Assembly: GCA_030390025.1 (NCBI GenBank)
Contig: CM059432.1
Location: forward strand, 146,756,001 to 146,820,000
DNA from: Squalus acanthias
Taxonomy: Eukaryota
Length of the DNA: 64,000 bases
Direction of reading: 5' to 3'
The notes under the pieces were generated by a model that was not told where the DNA came from, searched no databases, and saw only the letters and a list, made by a program, of their open reading frames with translations. Below are positions 13,347 through 25,548 of the stretch, piece by piece (the first letter of the stretch is position 1; each line of letters starts with the position of its first letter). Both the position numbers and the translations under genes were made by a program.

Positions 13347-13925
13347 AAAGTATTTGTTTAATTTCTCAGCCATTTCCTTATTCCCCATTATAATTTCCCC
13401 TGTCTCAGCCTGTAAGGGACCCACATTTACTTTCGCTAATCTTTTCCTTTTTACATACCTATAGAAGCTTTTATAGTCTGTTTTTATGTCTCTCACTAGT
13501 TTCCTCTCATTCTGTTTTTCCTTTCTTTATCAATTTCCTGGTCCTCCTTTGCTGAATTCTAAAATCCTCCCAATCCTCAGGCTTACTGCTCTTTTTGGCA
13601 ACATTATAAGCCTCTTTCTTTGATCTAATACTATCTTTAACTTCTCTTGTTAGCCACGGTTGGACAACTTTTCCTGTGGGGTGTTTGTGCCTTAAAGGAA
13701 TGTATATTTGTTGTAAATTATGTATTAATTCGTTAAATGCTAGCCATTGCTCGTCCACTGTCATACCTTTTAATGTAGTTTCCCAATCTACCTTAGCCAA
13801 CTCGCCCCTCATACCTACGTAGTTTGCTTTGTTTAGATTTAAGACCCTAGTTTCGGATTTAACTAAATCACTTTCAAACTTAATATAAAATTCTATCATA
13901 TTATGGTCACTCTTCCCTAAGGGCA
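13347..13925 (-). mobile_element. CR1 ORF2 tether-region fragment
   Basis: ORFs 13507-13899 and 13305-13496 closely match the CR1 at 1100-1650 (QPWLTRE, KSFYRYVKRKR). Confidence 0.9.
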
Positions 13926-14756
13926 GTGTATATATTCAATTGTTAAAATATAAGCTGTTAAAAATGTTTGCCTCGCTACGCTGCACAACCTACATTTTCC
14001 ATTCTGGCTACCTTGCTGTCCTCCCATCCAATGTGGCCCCAAATTTGGTTTAGAAAATATGGTCACCCTAGTTTTAATGGCAATTGTTATTTTTCCGGGG
14101 CGAGGCAACAGATTTATCAAATTCAATTTCACAACTTAAACATGGCGGGAGAAAAAGTGAGTTTGGAAAGTAAGACCACCCAGAACAGTCTGAGCTAAAG
14201 TAACTTGGGTCCAGTAGCCCAATATGATTGCTCTTTGAAACAGAACCCAGAGAGAAAGAGGGAGAAGCAAAAAACCTCAGTAAATAATTCATATACAGCA
14301 TGCTAGAGATGCACTCGATAGCTTGAAAGAAAAATGCTGATTTGTCGATGATTTGGTTGCAACTGCAGAATTATTATGACTTCATGATTGTGGTGTAGGG
14401 TCTGGCAAAGGGGAACAGCTGATAGATGGGATTGGAGGGAGAGACTGTCCTTGTGGCTGGGAGTTTAATGATTCAAAGCCATGAATCTTGGAGAGACAGA
14501 TGTGTTCATGCCTAAATCCATTGATGTGCCTTAATTTCCCCCATTTACTTTACTGATCTTGATGATAAATCCCACAATTCGATGATTTAATTTAAAAATA
14601 AAGTACTTATTTGGCCTCATCTGAACCCATGCCACCGATTCACTTGAGAAAAACAATTACTTCTCGCCTCAGTGCCTTTGTTACAAAAGCCAAAATAATT
14701 GTATTTTAAGCTCTGACAATAGTTTCCACTGTAACTTTCACATGAATAATTACATT

Positions 14757-15073
14757 AATTTATTTGTGGACATGAATGGAATCCCATTTATTTGATTTGT
14801 AAGCACCAGGTAGCTGTGGTGAAAGAATACAAAATTCAAAGACACTGTGAAGCGAACCATGTGAGATGTATGATGAGTACACATGAAAGTTAATTTTCTG
14901 AATTAGCAACGTCATTTAAAAGCAGCAATCGATGTTTGCTAATGCTCACCATGTAAGTGATGCAGTTGTTAAAATGGGCTATGTGATTGCCCATGAAAAC
15001 AGCTGTGCGATCGAAACCATTTACTGATGGAAAACCTCTGAAGATGTGTATGCTAAAACCTGGAGAAATGCTG
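14757..15073 (+). pseudogene. hAT (Charlie/SPIN/GTF2IRD2-like) transposase N-terminal relic
   Basis: Across frameshifts: LFVDMNGIP / YLICKHQVAVVKEYKIQRHCEANH / KQQSMFANAHHVSDAVVKMGYVIAHE / AVRSKPFTDGKPLKMCMLK (BED-like zinc finger then KPFTDG motif). Confidence 0.75.
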
Positions 15074-15341
15074 GAGTCACCGTTCAAATGTGCACCAGAA
15101 GTCGGGGCCTGAGGATCATCCGAAATTGGACCTCAATTATCATTCTAATGATAGAGCTGCCGGCGCCTGTCGCTATTCCAGAGACAGCTTGCCTGACATC
15201 GGGGATTACATTTGGGCCTGCTGCATTGTCGATAAATTCTCGGAGGTGGATGGTGGAAAATGCAGGAGGGCCGAGTGCTCTGGAGCCGGGAGGAGCACTC
15301 TGGCTCCACTCCTGCCCCACTCCTGCCCCATTCCTGCCCCA

Positions 15342-15800
15342 TCACAGGACAAAGCTGCCCGCTTGATCGGCACCCCATCCACCACCTTAAACATTCACTC
15401 CCTCCACCACCGGCGCACCGTGGCTGCAGTGTGTACCATCTACAAGATGCACTGCAGCAACTCGCCAAGGCTTCTTCGGCAGCACCTCCCAAACCCGCGA
15501 CCTCTTCCACCTAGAAGGACAAGGGCAGCAGGCGCATGGGAACACCACCACCTCCATGTTCCCCTCCAAGTCACGCACCATCCTGACTTAGAAGTATATC
15601 GCCATTCCTTCATCGTCGCTGGGTCAAAATCCTGGAACTCCCTCCCTATCAGCTCTGTGGGAGTACCCTCACCACACGGACTGCAGCAGCTCAAGAAGGC
15701 GGCTCACCACCACCTTCTCGAGGGCAATTGGGGATGGGCAATAAATGCTGGCCTTGCCAGCGATGCCCACATCCCATAAACGAATTATAAAAAAAAAAAA
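15342..15800 (+). mobile_element. 5'-truncated copy of the poly(A)-tailed LINE family seen at 51298-54330
   Basis: QDKAARLIGTPSTTLNIHSLHHRRTVAAVCTIYKMHC, poly(A) tail, TSD TTCCTGCCCCA (15331-15341, 15801-15811). Confidence 0.9.
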
Positions 15801-16926
15801 TTCCTGCCCCACTCCTGCTCCACAGACCAGGAAGCAAAAAAAACTTTCCCTACCATTTCTTCAGTGGCCTCCAGTCGTCCCTTTGAGGCTGCATAGGCTC
15901 CTATCGAACTGTAAAACTAGTCGGAGCTTGCACAGCGCATATTCCACCTCATTTTTCACACATTTTGCAGCAGCGTCCTGAATTCAGGCGCAGGACACCT
16001 CTTTGCATATTTAAATTGATCCAAAGCTGATTTCAGGCGGCTGCCAGAGATGCCTGAAAGCAGTGAGGACTAAAATGGTGGCAGCCTTGCCAGTGGCATC
16101 AATCAGGTCAGGGCCTCGCGCCCAGGTATTAGTACACATTGCGCCTATTTTACGCCCAAATACCAGGCAAAATGCATAACCATTTCCACCCTGACTGTGA
16201 CTCTATCCACGTGCCAGGATGTCCGATCTGGCCCACCCTATAAGTTGAGTGGACAGCCCTGCGCTCGGTGGTCTTGACCTTTCTGATGGAGAAGGTAACA
16301 CAGTGGCCTAACTTGGGGAGGAAGTAATGGCAAAACTATTGGAGAAATAATTATGATAGAAGAAACAAGTTATTTTATTGTTGCACGGCTGCTAACATCT
16401 TAATGAATTTTTTAATCCCGTCTTGTGTTGAAAATTCTCCTTTTGCCTGGGAGCTGCAGTGATGTAATTACATAAAGGTAATATACGGCACAAGCTGAAC
16501 ATAACATTGGCCAAATCTATTCAACTCATAACTTGTGACCATGGCAACCCATTTACAACTTTCTTTATCTGTGATACATCACAATGGATTAGCTTGGGAC
16601 ACAGCTCATAAACTACTGTCTCAGTAATGTTTCCACACGCGCTCACTGATTGATTAAAACAGAAAATGAAAATGTAGCAGTCCATCTGTATCGAGCATAA
16701 ATTAATACTTCAGCATCAAGGCAATGCAAAATATGTGCATGAGCACTTCATTAAAGTAACTCCGCATATGCTTTATTTGATCTCCTTAAGTGACCGCATT
16801 AGACCAAGTTCTGTTTCATTTTAGGATTATGTTTATGAAAGAACATGTTATTTGTGAAATGTATTTTTTAAGAACTATTTTTCTCCTTGTTCATACGTCT
16901 CCAAGTGTCACGTATTATACTTCGAT

Positions 16927-17442
16927 CATATACTTGCATTGGAGGCAGTTCAGAGACGATTCACGAGGTTGATTCCTGAGATGAGGGGGTTGACTTATGA
17001 GGAAAGGTTGAGCAGGGCTGGGCCTATACTCATTGGAATTTAGAAGAATGAGAGGTGATCTTATTGAAATATATAAGATACTGAGAGGGCTCGACAAGGT
17101 AGATGCAGAGAGGATGTTTCCCCTCGTGGGGGAATCTAGAGCACGGGGGCACAGTTTCAGAATAAAGGGTCGCCCTTTTAGAACTGAGATGAGGAGGAAT
17201 TTCTTCTCTGAGGGTCGTAAATCTGTGGAATTCTCTGCCCCAGAGAGCTGTGGAGGCTGGGTCATTAAATACATTTAAGGTGGCAATAGAAAGATTTTTA
17301 CAAGACAAGGGAGTGAAGGGTTATGGGGAGCGGGTGGGGAAGTGGCTTTGAGCACAAGATCAGCCATGATCTTATTGAATGGCGGAGCAGGCTCGAGGGG
17401 CCAAGTGGCCTATTCCTGCTCCTATTTCATATGTTCTTATAT
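16927..17442 (+). mobile_element. CR1 3' fragment
   Basis: [25 protein letters not shown]1 3' UTR and ATGTTCTT tail. Confidence 0.9.
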
Positions 17443-18357
17443 TCCCCTTCTGCTTCTCATCTCCAAACCCAATCCCTACTCCTCTTGAAAGCCCAGGGTA
17501 TGAATTGTCATCTTACAGCTCTGTATTGCAATGTTTTGGAGCTATCACAGAATATACCAGCTCATCTTCCAGCTTTCAATAATTCATTTGATTTAATTGA
17601 ATGAAGAACTAAGTGGCGCACTCACTTGGAAACACAGGCTTTGCGTTGGAGCAGATAGGTCAAAGATCTTTCCTTTTAACACTGTCATGTGTCTGACTTG
17701 ACGTGCAAAGGCCATCTCCTGGAGGAAAGTAATCGCAGCTCCAAACAACTCTCACTGTTAACATTAACCTTTAGCAGTAATTGAAATGAGTGAGTGAGTC
17801 CCGCGGCGCATTTCCTCATTAATTGATTCCGATTTGTCTCAATTTTTAAATTTCAGTGTGAAAATTCGACTTAAATCACATGATTAACCTCAACGTGGTT
17901 ATCGGTGTTCCCCCTCATTTTTTTTCCGCTGTGCCGGCCCTTTAAATTTGCTGCACAGCCGGGCATGAGCGTCATCTCTTCCAGCGGCAACGGCAACTGG
18001 TGAGCAGCCTGCACAGGACCTCGCCATTGAGGCACAGCCGTAGAGCTCAGGGGGGAAACACTGAACAGTTATGCCCTCCTCTCTTAAAGTGTATCATTAT
18101 TTCTTGGTTTAAACGTGGTGGAGTCGCTGTATATTTTTCATACCTGCTGTTTGCAGGTGAGTACAGAACATTTCGGAGCTCCAGTATCCAACCTCCAATT
18201 ATCTATGAGACACTGCAGCCTCTTGTGTGAGAAGTTGCCACAATGCACGTTCTTGCCTCATTTGTACCGCCTGCTAATGCCAATCTCCTCCCAGCTGCTT
18301 TTATAGTGAGGCTGCTTTTAGTTCAGATTGGTGACTGTGAGCCAGCTCCTGACATTT

Positions 18358-18915
18358 AGAAACATAGAAACATAGAAAAATAGGAGCAGGAGTAGGCCAT
18401 TCGGCCCTTCACGCCTGCTCCACCATTCAATATGATCATGGCTGATCCTCTATCTCAATACCATATTCCCGCTCTCTCCCCATACCCCTTGATGCCTTTT
18501 GTGTCTAGAAATCTATCTATCTCCTTCTTAAATATATTCAGTGACTTGGCCTCCACAGCCTTCTGGGGTAGAGAATTCCACAGGTTCACCACCCTCTGAG
18601 TGAAGAAATTTCTCCTCATCTAAGTCCTAAATGTCCTACCCCATATCCTGAGACTGTGACCCCCCCAGCCAGGGGAAACATCCAGTCTGTCAAGCCCTGT
18701 CAGAATTTTATACGTTTCAATGAGATCCCCTCTCATTCTTCTAAACTCTAGTGAATACAGGCCTAGTCGACCCAACCTCTCCTCATACGACAGTCCTGCC
18801 ATCCCAGGAATCAGTCTGGTGAACCTTCGCTGCACTCCCTCTATGGCAAGTATATCCTTTCTTAGGTAAGGAGACCAAAACTGCACACAGTACTCCAGGT
18901 GTGGTCTCACCAAGG
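18358..18915 (-). mobile_element. CR1 3' fragment
   Basis: ORF 18620-18913 [13 protein letters not shown]; (CATAGAAA)n tail at 18358-18378. Confidence 0.9.
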
Positions 18916-19807
18916 CTACTTTTAATTACTAAAACTCACTCCTTTACCCCAACTCCAGTGTTCCGCGGAGACGTAATTCTGTCTGGAGAAGGGAGTGGGA
19001 TTTAGCCCTGTGAAGCACGGGAGCGGACTAATAGGCATGTGCCAGGATAAATGTGGCCCTGTCTGACAAAATCAACCTCACTGCCCCAGAAGAATTGAAT
19101 GCAGTTTATGTTACTTGTATTGGTCTTGTCTTATTGTATAGCCAGAAGTTTGGCTCTCTTAGTTTATATTACCCAGCAAGGTGCAGCTGGCTTCCTGCCA
19201 CACAATGCAGCCTCTACATCTTTGTTACTTTTCTTTGATTCCACTTTAATTCTTCAAAATCAATCTGAGATGTGCAAAATCAGAAAGACCCCTTGGGGTA
19301 AAAATTCACTTGGTTGCGCTTCCCGTTAGCGCCTTAAGAGGGCGCTAATGGGGCGCAAAGCCGCTAACGCCCGGGCGCAGCGATGTTTGCGCCGCTCGAG
19401 AACTTAACTTGAGATTGTGCGGCGGCGCTAAAACTTACCGCTGCGACCACCTGCGCGCGCAGATTATGACGTCATTCCATGGTGCAACGCCCTTGGGGCG
19501 CCCCGGAGTGGAAATTGAGTGGCGCCCCCTGCCTTACCGCCTGGCGCTTCCAACGACCGGAAGACTGGAACGCTATCAATCGCTGTGGGGCTGGGGGGGG
19601 CGCTATTTAAAGGGGGCCTCTTCCTGTCTTTTTCTGTGGTCGACATTTATGCACCACTCGTTCTGAGAGAGAGAGAGAGATTCGGAGAGAGAGAGAGAGA
19701 GAGACTTCTACATTGACTCAATGCTTTGTGAGGTAGTTTTGCCTATTCATCCTAACTTTGTTGCTACTTTAGTTGCTGTCCCTCATTACTTTTCTGGCAA
19801 AGAGAAT

Positions 19808-20968
19808 ATGGGGGCTGCACTGACTGGGGCGTCGTCCTGCTCCAGCTGAATCGGAGGATACAGAGACGCAGAGAGAGAGTGGCAATGATGGCCAGACGGA
19901 GGAGGGCCATCAGGCGCATGTACAGGAGAGCTTACCCTCCCAGGGTATATCGTGAACAGCTCTCCTACATCCATATGTCCGAGGAGCTGTGTTTGCGAAG
20001 GCTGCGATTCAGCAAGGAGGTGGTCACTGAGCTCTGCCACCTGCTGCAACCAGATCTGCAGCCTCAACTGAGGTCCAGGACGTCTCTGTCGGTGGCAGTG
20101 AAGGTCACAGTGACTTTGAACTTCTACGCCACTGGCTCATTCCAAGCTGCTGTTGGGGACCTCGCCAATATCTCCCAGTTCGCGGTGCATCGCTGCATCC
20201 GGCAGGTCACCAATGCCCTCTTCAGAAGGAGACGAGAGTTCATCTCTTTCCCTATGACCCCAGACAAGCAGCGTGACCGCGCTCTGGGCTTTGCAGAGGG
20301 TAGCGGGCTTCCCCATGGTGCAGGGCGCCATTGACTGCACGCATGTGGCTTTGCGTGCTCCGCGTGAGAATGCAGAGGAATTCAGGAACAGAAAGGGGTT
20401 CCATTCCTTGAATGTCCAGTTGGCCTGTGACCACAGACAGCTGATACTCGCTGTCAATGCCCACTATCCTGGCAGCTGCCACGATGCTTTTATCCTGCGC
20501 CAGACTACTGTGGCAGAAGTTTTCGAGGCACCGCATCAGCCAGTTGGTTGGCTTCTCGGGGACAAGGGGTACGCATTGAGCACCTGGCTGATGACACCGC
20601 TCCGTACGCCAAACACCCCTGCTGAGCTGTGGTACAATGAAAGCCATCAAGCAACCAGGAACATTATTGAGCGCACAATCGGCGTGCTGAAACAACGGTT
20701 CCGCTGTCTGGACCATTCCGGAGGAGCCCTGCAGTACTCGCCTGAGCAAGTATCGAACTTCGTAGTCGTGTGCTGCATGTTGCACAACATGGCAATCCTC
20801 AGGACCCAGCCAATGCCACCAGGCCTTGTAGCACCACCAGAGGAGGAGGAGGAAGAGGAGGAAGAGGACGAGGACGATGATCATCAGCAGCACCAAGGCG
20901 GGAGGGCGGCCCACAATGGTCAAACTGCAAGGGCCGTCCGTCAACGGCTAATAGCAAGCCGCTTCTAG
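19808..20968 (+). pseudogene. Harbinger DDE transposase (HARBI1-like family) with two frameshifts
   Basis: ATG 19808 (MGAAL), ORF 19879-20334 (LRRLRFSK, ISQFAVHRCI HTH), ORF 20273-20968 (GAIDCTH, PGSCHDA, LLGDKGY, IERTIGVLKQRFRCL, LHN); shifts near 19825 and 20296. Confidence 0.9.
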
Positions 20969-21251
20969 GGCCCCTGCCATTGCTACCAACATTAATCAAC
21001 CCAGCACGCAACCCCTAAGCCGGCCAAGGCACCAATAATTCCAACCACCAGCCATGTATATTTTGAATACAGAAACTTATTTATTTTACAAACTCTGTGT
21101 GTGTCAATTCCTCATGACAAACTCAGAAATAAACACAAAAAAACAGTCAATAACATAACTGGTTCTCACAACCTGGAGATAATGTCCAAAACACTAAACA
21201 AAAGTTGGACCATGAACCTCGGCCTTTAATAAAAAAATGACCAGCATTTTG

Positions 21252-23095
21252 TCACACCTCCTCCTTTTTGCCCTTCGAGGGTGATCTCCTTCCCTTGCGC
21301 ACTTCCCCCCTTCTAACCCTACTGCTCCTCCGTAATGGGACCTCAGTGGCTGCAGCAAGGCTGGTGGAAGGCTGCTGCTCGTCAGACCCTGACACTGCAG
21401 ATGCCCCTGAAGGACGGCCTCGACCACTTCTGGGCCTGGAGGGCCCGGCTGCAGACTGCACCAACTCTGCATGGGCGGCAGCAGTCTGTCCTACAGGCGG
21501 TGGCAAGTGCAGTGGAGAAGTGACAGTGTTGGCAGCAGGAATGCTGTCATCGTGAGAGAGGACAGCAACTCCCTGCTCGCCCGACACACTGGCACTCCCA
21601 CGGGGCAGCACTTCAGCATCCGGAGCAATCTGCCGGAGAACAGATTGCTGGCCTGCTGCGGCGCGGTGACAGCCCCGGGGACATGTGCACGAACCATCGA
21701 GGTTGGCAGCAGTCTGTGCTCGCGTGGCCTCCATCTGAGTCTGTATGAGAGCAGTCAGAGGTGGGATCACGGCAGCCAGTGACTGAATTGCAGCACTAAG
21801 CGTTAGTGTGGCATCCGCCTGTGCTACAGCGAAGTGCTCCACACTCCTTGCCAGTGACTCAATGCATTCGGGCACCCTTCCCACTGCACCCATGAGCTCA
21901 GTGTGCATGCCCACTGCCTGGGTGTTCATTTCTGCAATCAGCCGCTCCTCCTCTGCGTCCATTGCAGTAGGAGTGTCTGGCATACTCTCCCTCTGGGGAG
22001 AAGGCCCCCGTTCTTCCCTACCCCCCCCATGGCGTTGCTGCAGCCCGCTGGGTCCTGGAGCTTCACCCTCATCAGCCCCTTCCCCCCTGCTCCCCTCCGG
22101 GGAAGGCGTGTTCCCAGTGTGGGCATGGGCTTCCTCGGGATAGGATGCCACTGATGCTCTGGCTTCCTCTTCCTCCTCAGCTGCAGCATCACTCCCAGTG
22201 GCAGCTTCAGGGCCCGTCTCCTCAGCTGGTGAATCACCATCTGAAAGCAGGGAGGTACAAGAGTGGCTTTAGCGTGAGGACAGGGTGGCAGTAAGGGAGG
22301 AATAAGTGCAGCGAGTTAGCAAGTTGGATTGAAAGTGTCAAAGGCTGGTGTTGTGAGGGACAAGTGGAAGGACAGAGGACAAAAAGGTGATGACCTTACC
22401 ATTGCTGTCCAGAACGGGGTCGGCGTCTCCAGTGGCGACGGGACCGATCACCCGGCTTGCCACAATCCTGTGGACGCGCTCCTCCAGATCGCTGAGGGGT
22501 TGCAGCTGAGGCCGCCCTCCACCTGTCCGTTGCTGCTGTCTCCTATTATGAGCCAGCTTAGCCTGCAAGAAAAAGGACAGCATCTGAGTAAATATACAGC
22601 CATGGTCTTGCCTGATGTGCCTCCCATAGGTGAATAGCCCTTACAATATGCAGCCATGGTCTTGCCTGATGTGCCTCCCATAGGTGAATAGCCCTTACTG
22701 TATGCAAAGTGTGGAATGTGTGTGTGTGTTTGATGAAAGGGCCATAGGTGTTGGATGAGTGTTGTGCATTGGGGTTTTAAGACCCTCTGGCCATAGAGTG
22801 AGGTTGAGATGGAGGGATGGAGAGGTATTGAGAAAAAGCCACTCACCCTGACGACCCGAGTGAGGTCGTTGAACTTTTTGCGGCATTGAGTATGGATCCT
22901 GGGCACCATGCTCCTGGAGGAGACGCTCTGAGCCACCTCCCTCCACACTCTTCTGAACTCGCGTGGCAAAGGCCTCCTGCCACTCTCAGGGAACAGCATA
23001 CATCGTCTGCGCTCCACTGCGTCAACCAGAGCATCCAAGGCCCGCTCGGTGAAGCGATGAGCGCGTTCTCTCACCCTCTCCATGCTTGCCAGCAT
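21252..23095 (-). CDS. Harbinger Myb/SANT-like DNA-binding protein, 3 exons (23095-22847, 22562-22400, 22240-21252), 466 aa predicted
   Basis: RFTERALDALV..VWREVA..QCRKKFNDL; donors AGG|GTGAGT and G|GTAAGG, acceptors TTCTTGCAG| and CTTTCAG|; phases 0 and 1 join into one open 1401-nt CDS; AHNRRQQQRTGGG motif, basic C-terminus. Confidence 0.8.
22591..22698. repeat. 54-bp tandem duplication in intron 1 of the Myb-like gene
   Basis: AATATRCAGCCATGGTCTTGCC...GCCCTTAC at 22591-22644 and 22645-22698. Confidence 0.9.
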
Positions 23096-24049
23096 AATGA
23101 ATTCACAGGTCTCTCCAGGCTGAGATTCAAGGCTGCAATGAGCAGGGTGTGGCTGGGGAGCAAGTGGCCCCCCCCGCTTTAAGAAGTGGCCGGCACCAGT
23201 GTGTCTGTGTTCCCTCGCTAACTGGCAGCAGCTGCGCTGCGCTCGCGCGCTGAGTTAGCGCCTCACTCCTTGGCCTTTGCGCCTTAAGAGAGGTGTGCAG
23301 CGCCTGCTTTAGCGCTCCACTCACCTCCTGGGGCGGTAAAAGTGAAGTTTCCAGTCAGTGCCGATAATTAGCGGCAGGCGCTAATATTTGCGTCCAGACG
23401 ATATTTGCGCCCCAAATGGGGCGCGACCTAATTTCTACCCCCTTGTGTTATAGACGGACAATGTGATGTTTCCATTTGAAACTGAGTTTTGGTTCATTGT
23501 TTTTAGACTTCCACAACCTGTCAGATGCAGTGATGCAGAATAAATGATAGGTAGCAGCTGCAATCCAAAATAAATCAGCGAGTGAAACCCGAGTGGATAC
23601 TCCATGAACACACCGCAAGGGCAGTGACTTTAGTAAAGCCCATCGTCGGCAAATTGTTTACAATTGTTTTTCTTTTAAAAAAAATATAAACAGTTAACAA
23701 ATGTGCTTGGAAGAGTATTTAAGGAAAGGGAACAAAAAATACTGGAAATACACAGCATGTCCGTCAGCATCTATGAAGAGAAAAGACATGGATCGAGTTC
23801 TAATCATAGAATCACACAGCACACAATGAGGCCATTCAGCCCATCATGTCTGTGCCGGCTCTTTGAAAGAGCTATTTAATTAGTCCCACTCCGCTGCTTT
23901 TTCCCCATATCCCTGTAAATTTTTCCCCTTCAAGTATTTAGCCAATTCCCTTTTGAAAGTTATTGTTTAATCTGCTTCCACTGCCCTTTCAGCCAGCGCA
24001 TTCCACATCACAACAACTCGCTGCGTTTAAAAAAAAAAGTTTCCATGTG

Positions 24050-24849
24050 TGGTCTGGTGGCAAAAACAAGAAGACAGATTATTATCTGAACGGCAATAGA
24101 TTGGGAAAAGGGGAAGTGCAACGAGACCTGGGTGTCTTGTGCACCAGTCGCTGAAGGTCAGCATGCAGGTGCAGCAGGCGGTTAAGAAGGCAAATGGTAT
24201 GTTGGCCTTCATAGCGAGAGGATTCGAGTACAGGAGCAAGGATGTCTTGCTGCAGTTGTACAGGGCCTTGGTGAGATCACACCTTGAGTATTGTGTGCAG
24301 TTTTGGTCGCCTTATCTGAGGAAGGATGTTCTTGTCATGGAGAGAGTGCAGCGAAGATTCACCAGACTGATACCTGGGATGGCAGGAATGATGTATGAGG
24401 AGAGATTGGGTCGATTAGGCTTATATTCGCTAGAGTTTAGAAGATGAGAGGGGATCTCATTGAAACTTATAAAATTCTAACAGGACTAGACAGACTAGAT
24501 GCAGGAAGGATGTTCCCGATGGTCGGGGAGTCCAGAACCAGGGGTCACAGTCTAAGGATAAGGGGTAAGCCATTTAGGACTGAGATGAGGAGGAATTTCT
24601 TCACCCAGAGAGTGGTGAACCTGTGGAATTCTCTACCACACAAGGCAGTTGAGGCCAATTCATTAAATATATTCAAGAAGTAGTTGGATATATTTCTTAA
24701 GGCTAAAGGGATCAAGGGATCTGGGGAGAAAGCAGGGACAGGGTACTGAATTTGGATGATCAGCCATGATCTCATTAAATGGCGGAACAGGCTCGAGGGG
24801 CCGAATGGCCTACTCCTGCTCCTATCTTCTATGTTTCTATGTTTCTATG
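24050..24849 (+). mobile_element. CR1 3' fragment
   Basis: ORFs 24139-24447 and 24444-24683; (TTTCTATG)n tail. Confidence 0.92.
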
Positions 24850-25344
24850 GAGGAAGACTCCTGCTCCTCCTTTCCCCACTAAGGAAAGTACTTCAAATTA
24901 CTTTAAAGGGTCTCGCTGGCTTCTCGACAGTTTTACCTGGCAGGGCAACCAGAGTGAGCATCTCACTCGTGCAGGTTAAATTACCTTGCGGGCCCATATA
25001 CATCATGCGACTCCGATTAACATTTACTAATGAGGCTCCTGTCGGAGTCAAACGGAAGCCTAATTCGCCAGCAAAACAATTGCCGTTAAAATGAGGAATC
25101 GGCAGGATGGAGAGGAAAATGGAGTCACTCTATTTTAACTGCAGCCCCCTCTTTTCCTGCCGATAGGGAGAATTTAAATTCCCTCTCCAACGTCAGCATC
25201 AAGCACTCTCAGGTCATGTATAGCCAGGCACAGTTTAAAACTTTCTCCATTCTGTTTCGCAAGATCTCCGAGCAAGACCCCTTCCCCCAACAACAGCAAC
25301 ATTTCTAATAAGGTGGTAGATTTCATGACAGTTTTGTGCTGTGG

Positions 25345-25535
25345 GCTGACTCTCTCGCTCACATTGACAGACATTCGCACATTGTCACTCTGACTCTCTC
25401 TCACTCACTCAGACACACATGCACTCGCTCTCACTCACACTGACAGACACTCTCACACTTTCACTCTGACTCTCCCACACGTACAAACACACTCTCACTC
25501 TCACAGACAGACACTCCTGTCACTCTCTCACATAC
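25345..25535. repeat. Degenerate (CT/CA)n microsatellite, resumes at 26638-26842 after a CR1 insertion
   Basis: CTCTCA/CACACT-rich runs on both sides of the CR1. Confidence 0.8.
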
Positions 25536-25548
25536 TCTTATGTTCGTA

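Larger units (their letters stand above)
19295..23441 (+). mobile_element. Full-length two-gene PIF/Harbinger DNA transposon (4147 bp)
   Basis: TIRs GGGGTAAAAATT / AATTTCTACCCC, 3-bp TSD CTT on both sides, convergent transposase and Myb/SANT genes. Confidence 0.95.

Noticed and set aside
19808..23095. Domesticated host genes HARBI1 / NAIF1 / MSANTD
   Set aside because: Both genes lie between TIRs with a TSD and have related copies in the window, so they are transposon genes; no symbol assigned.
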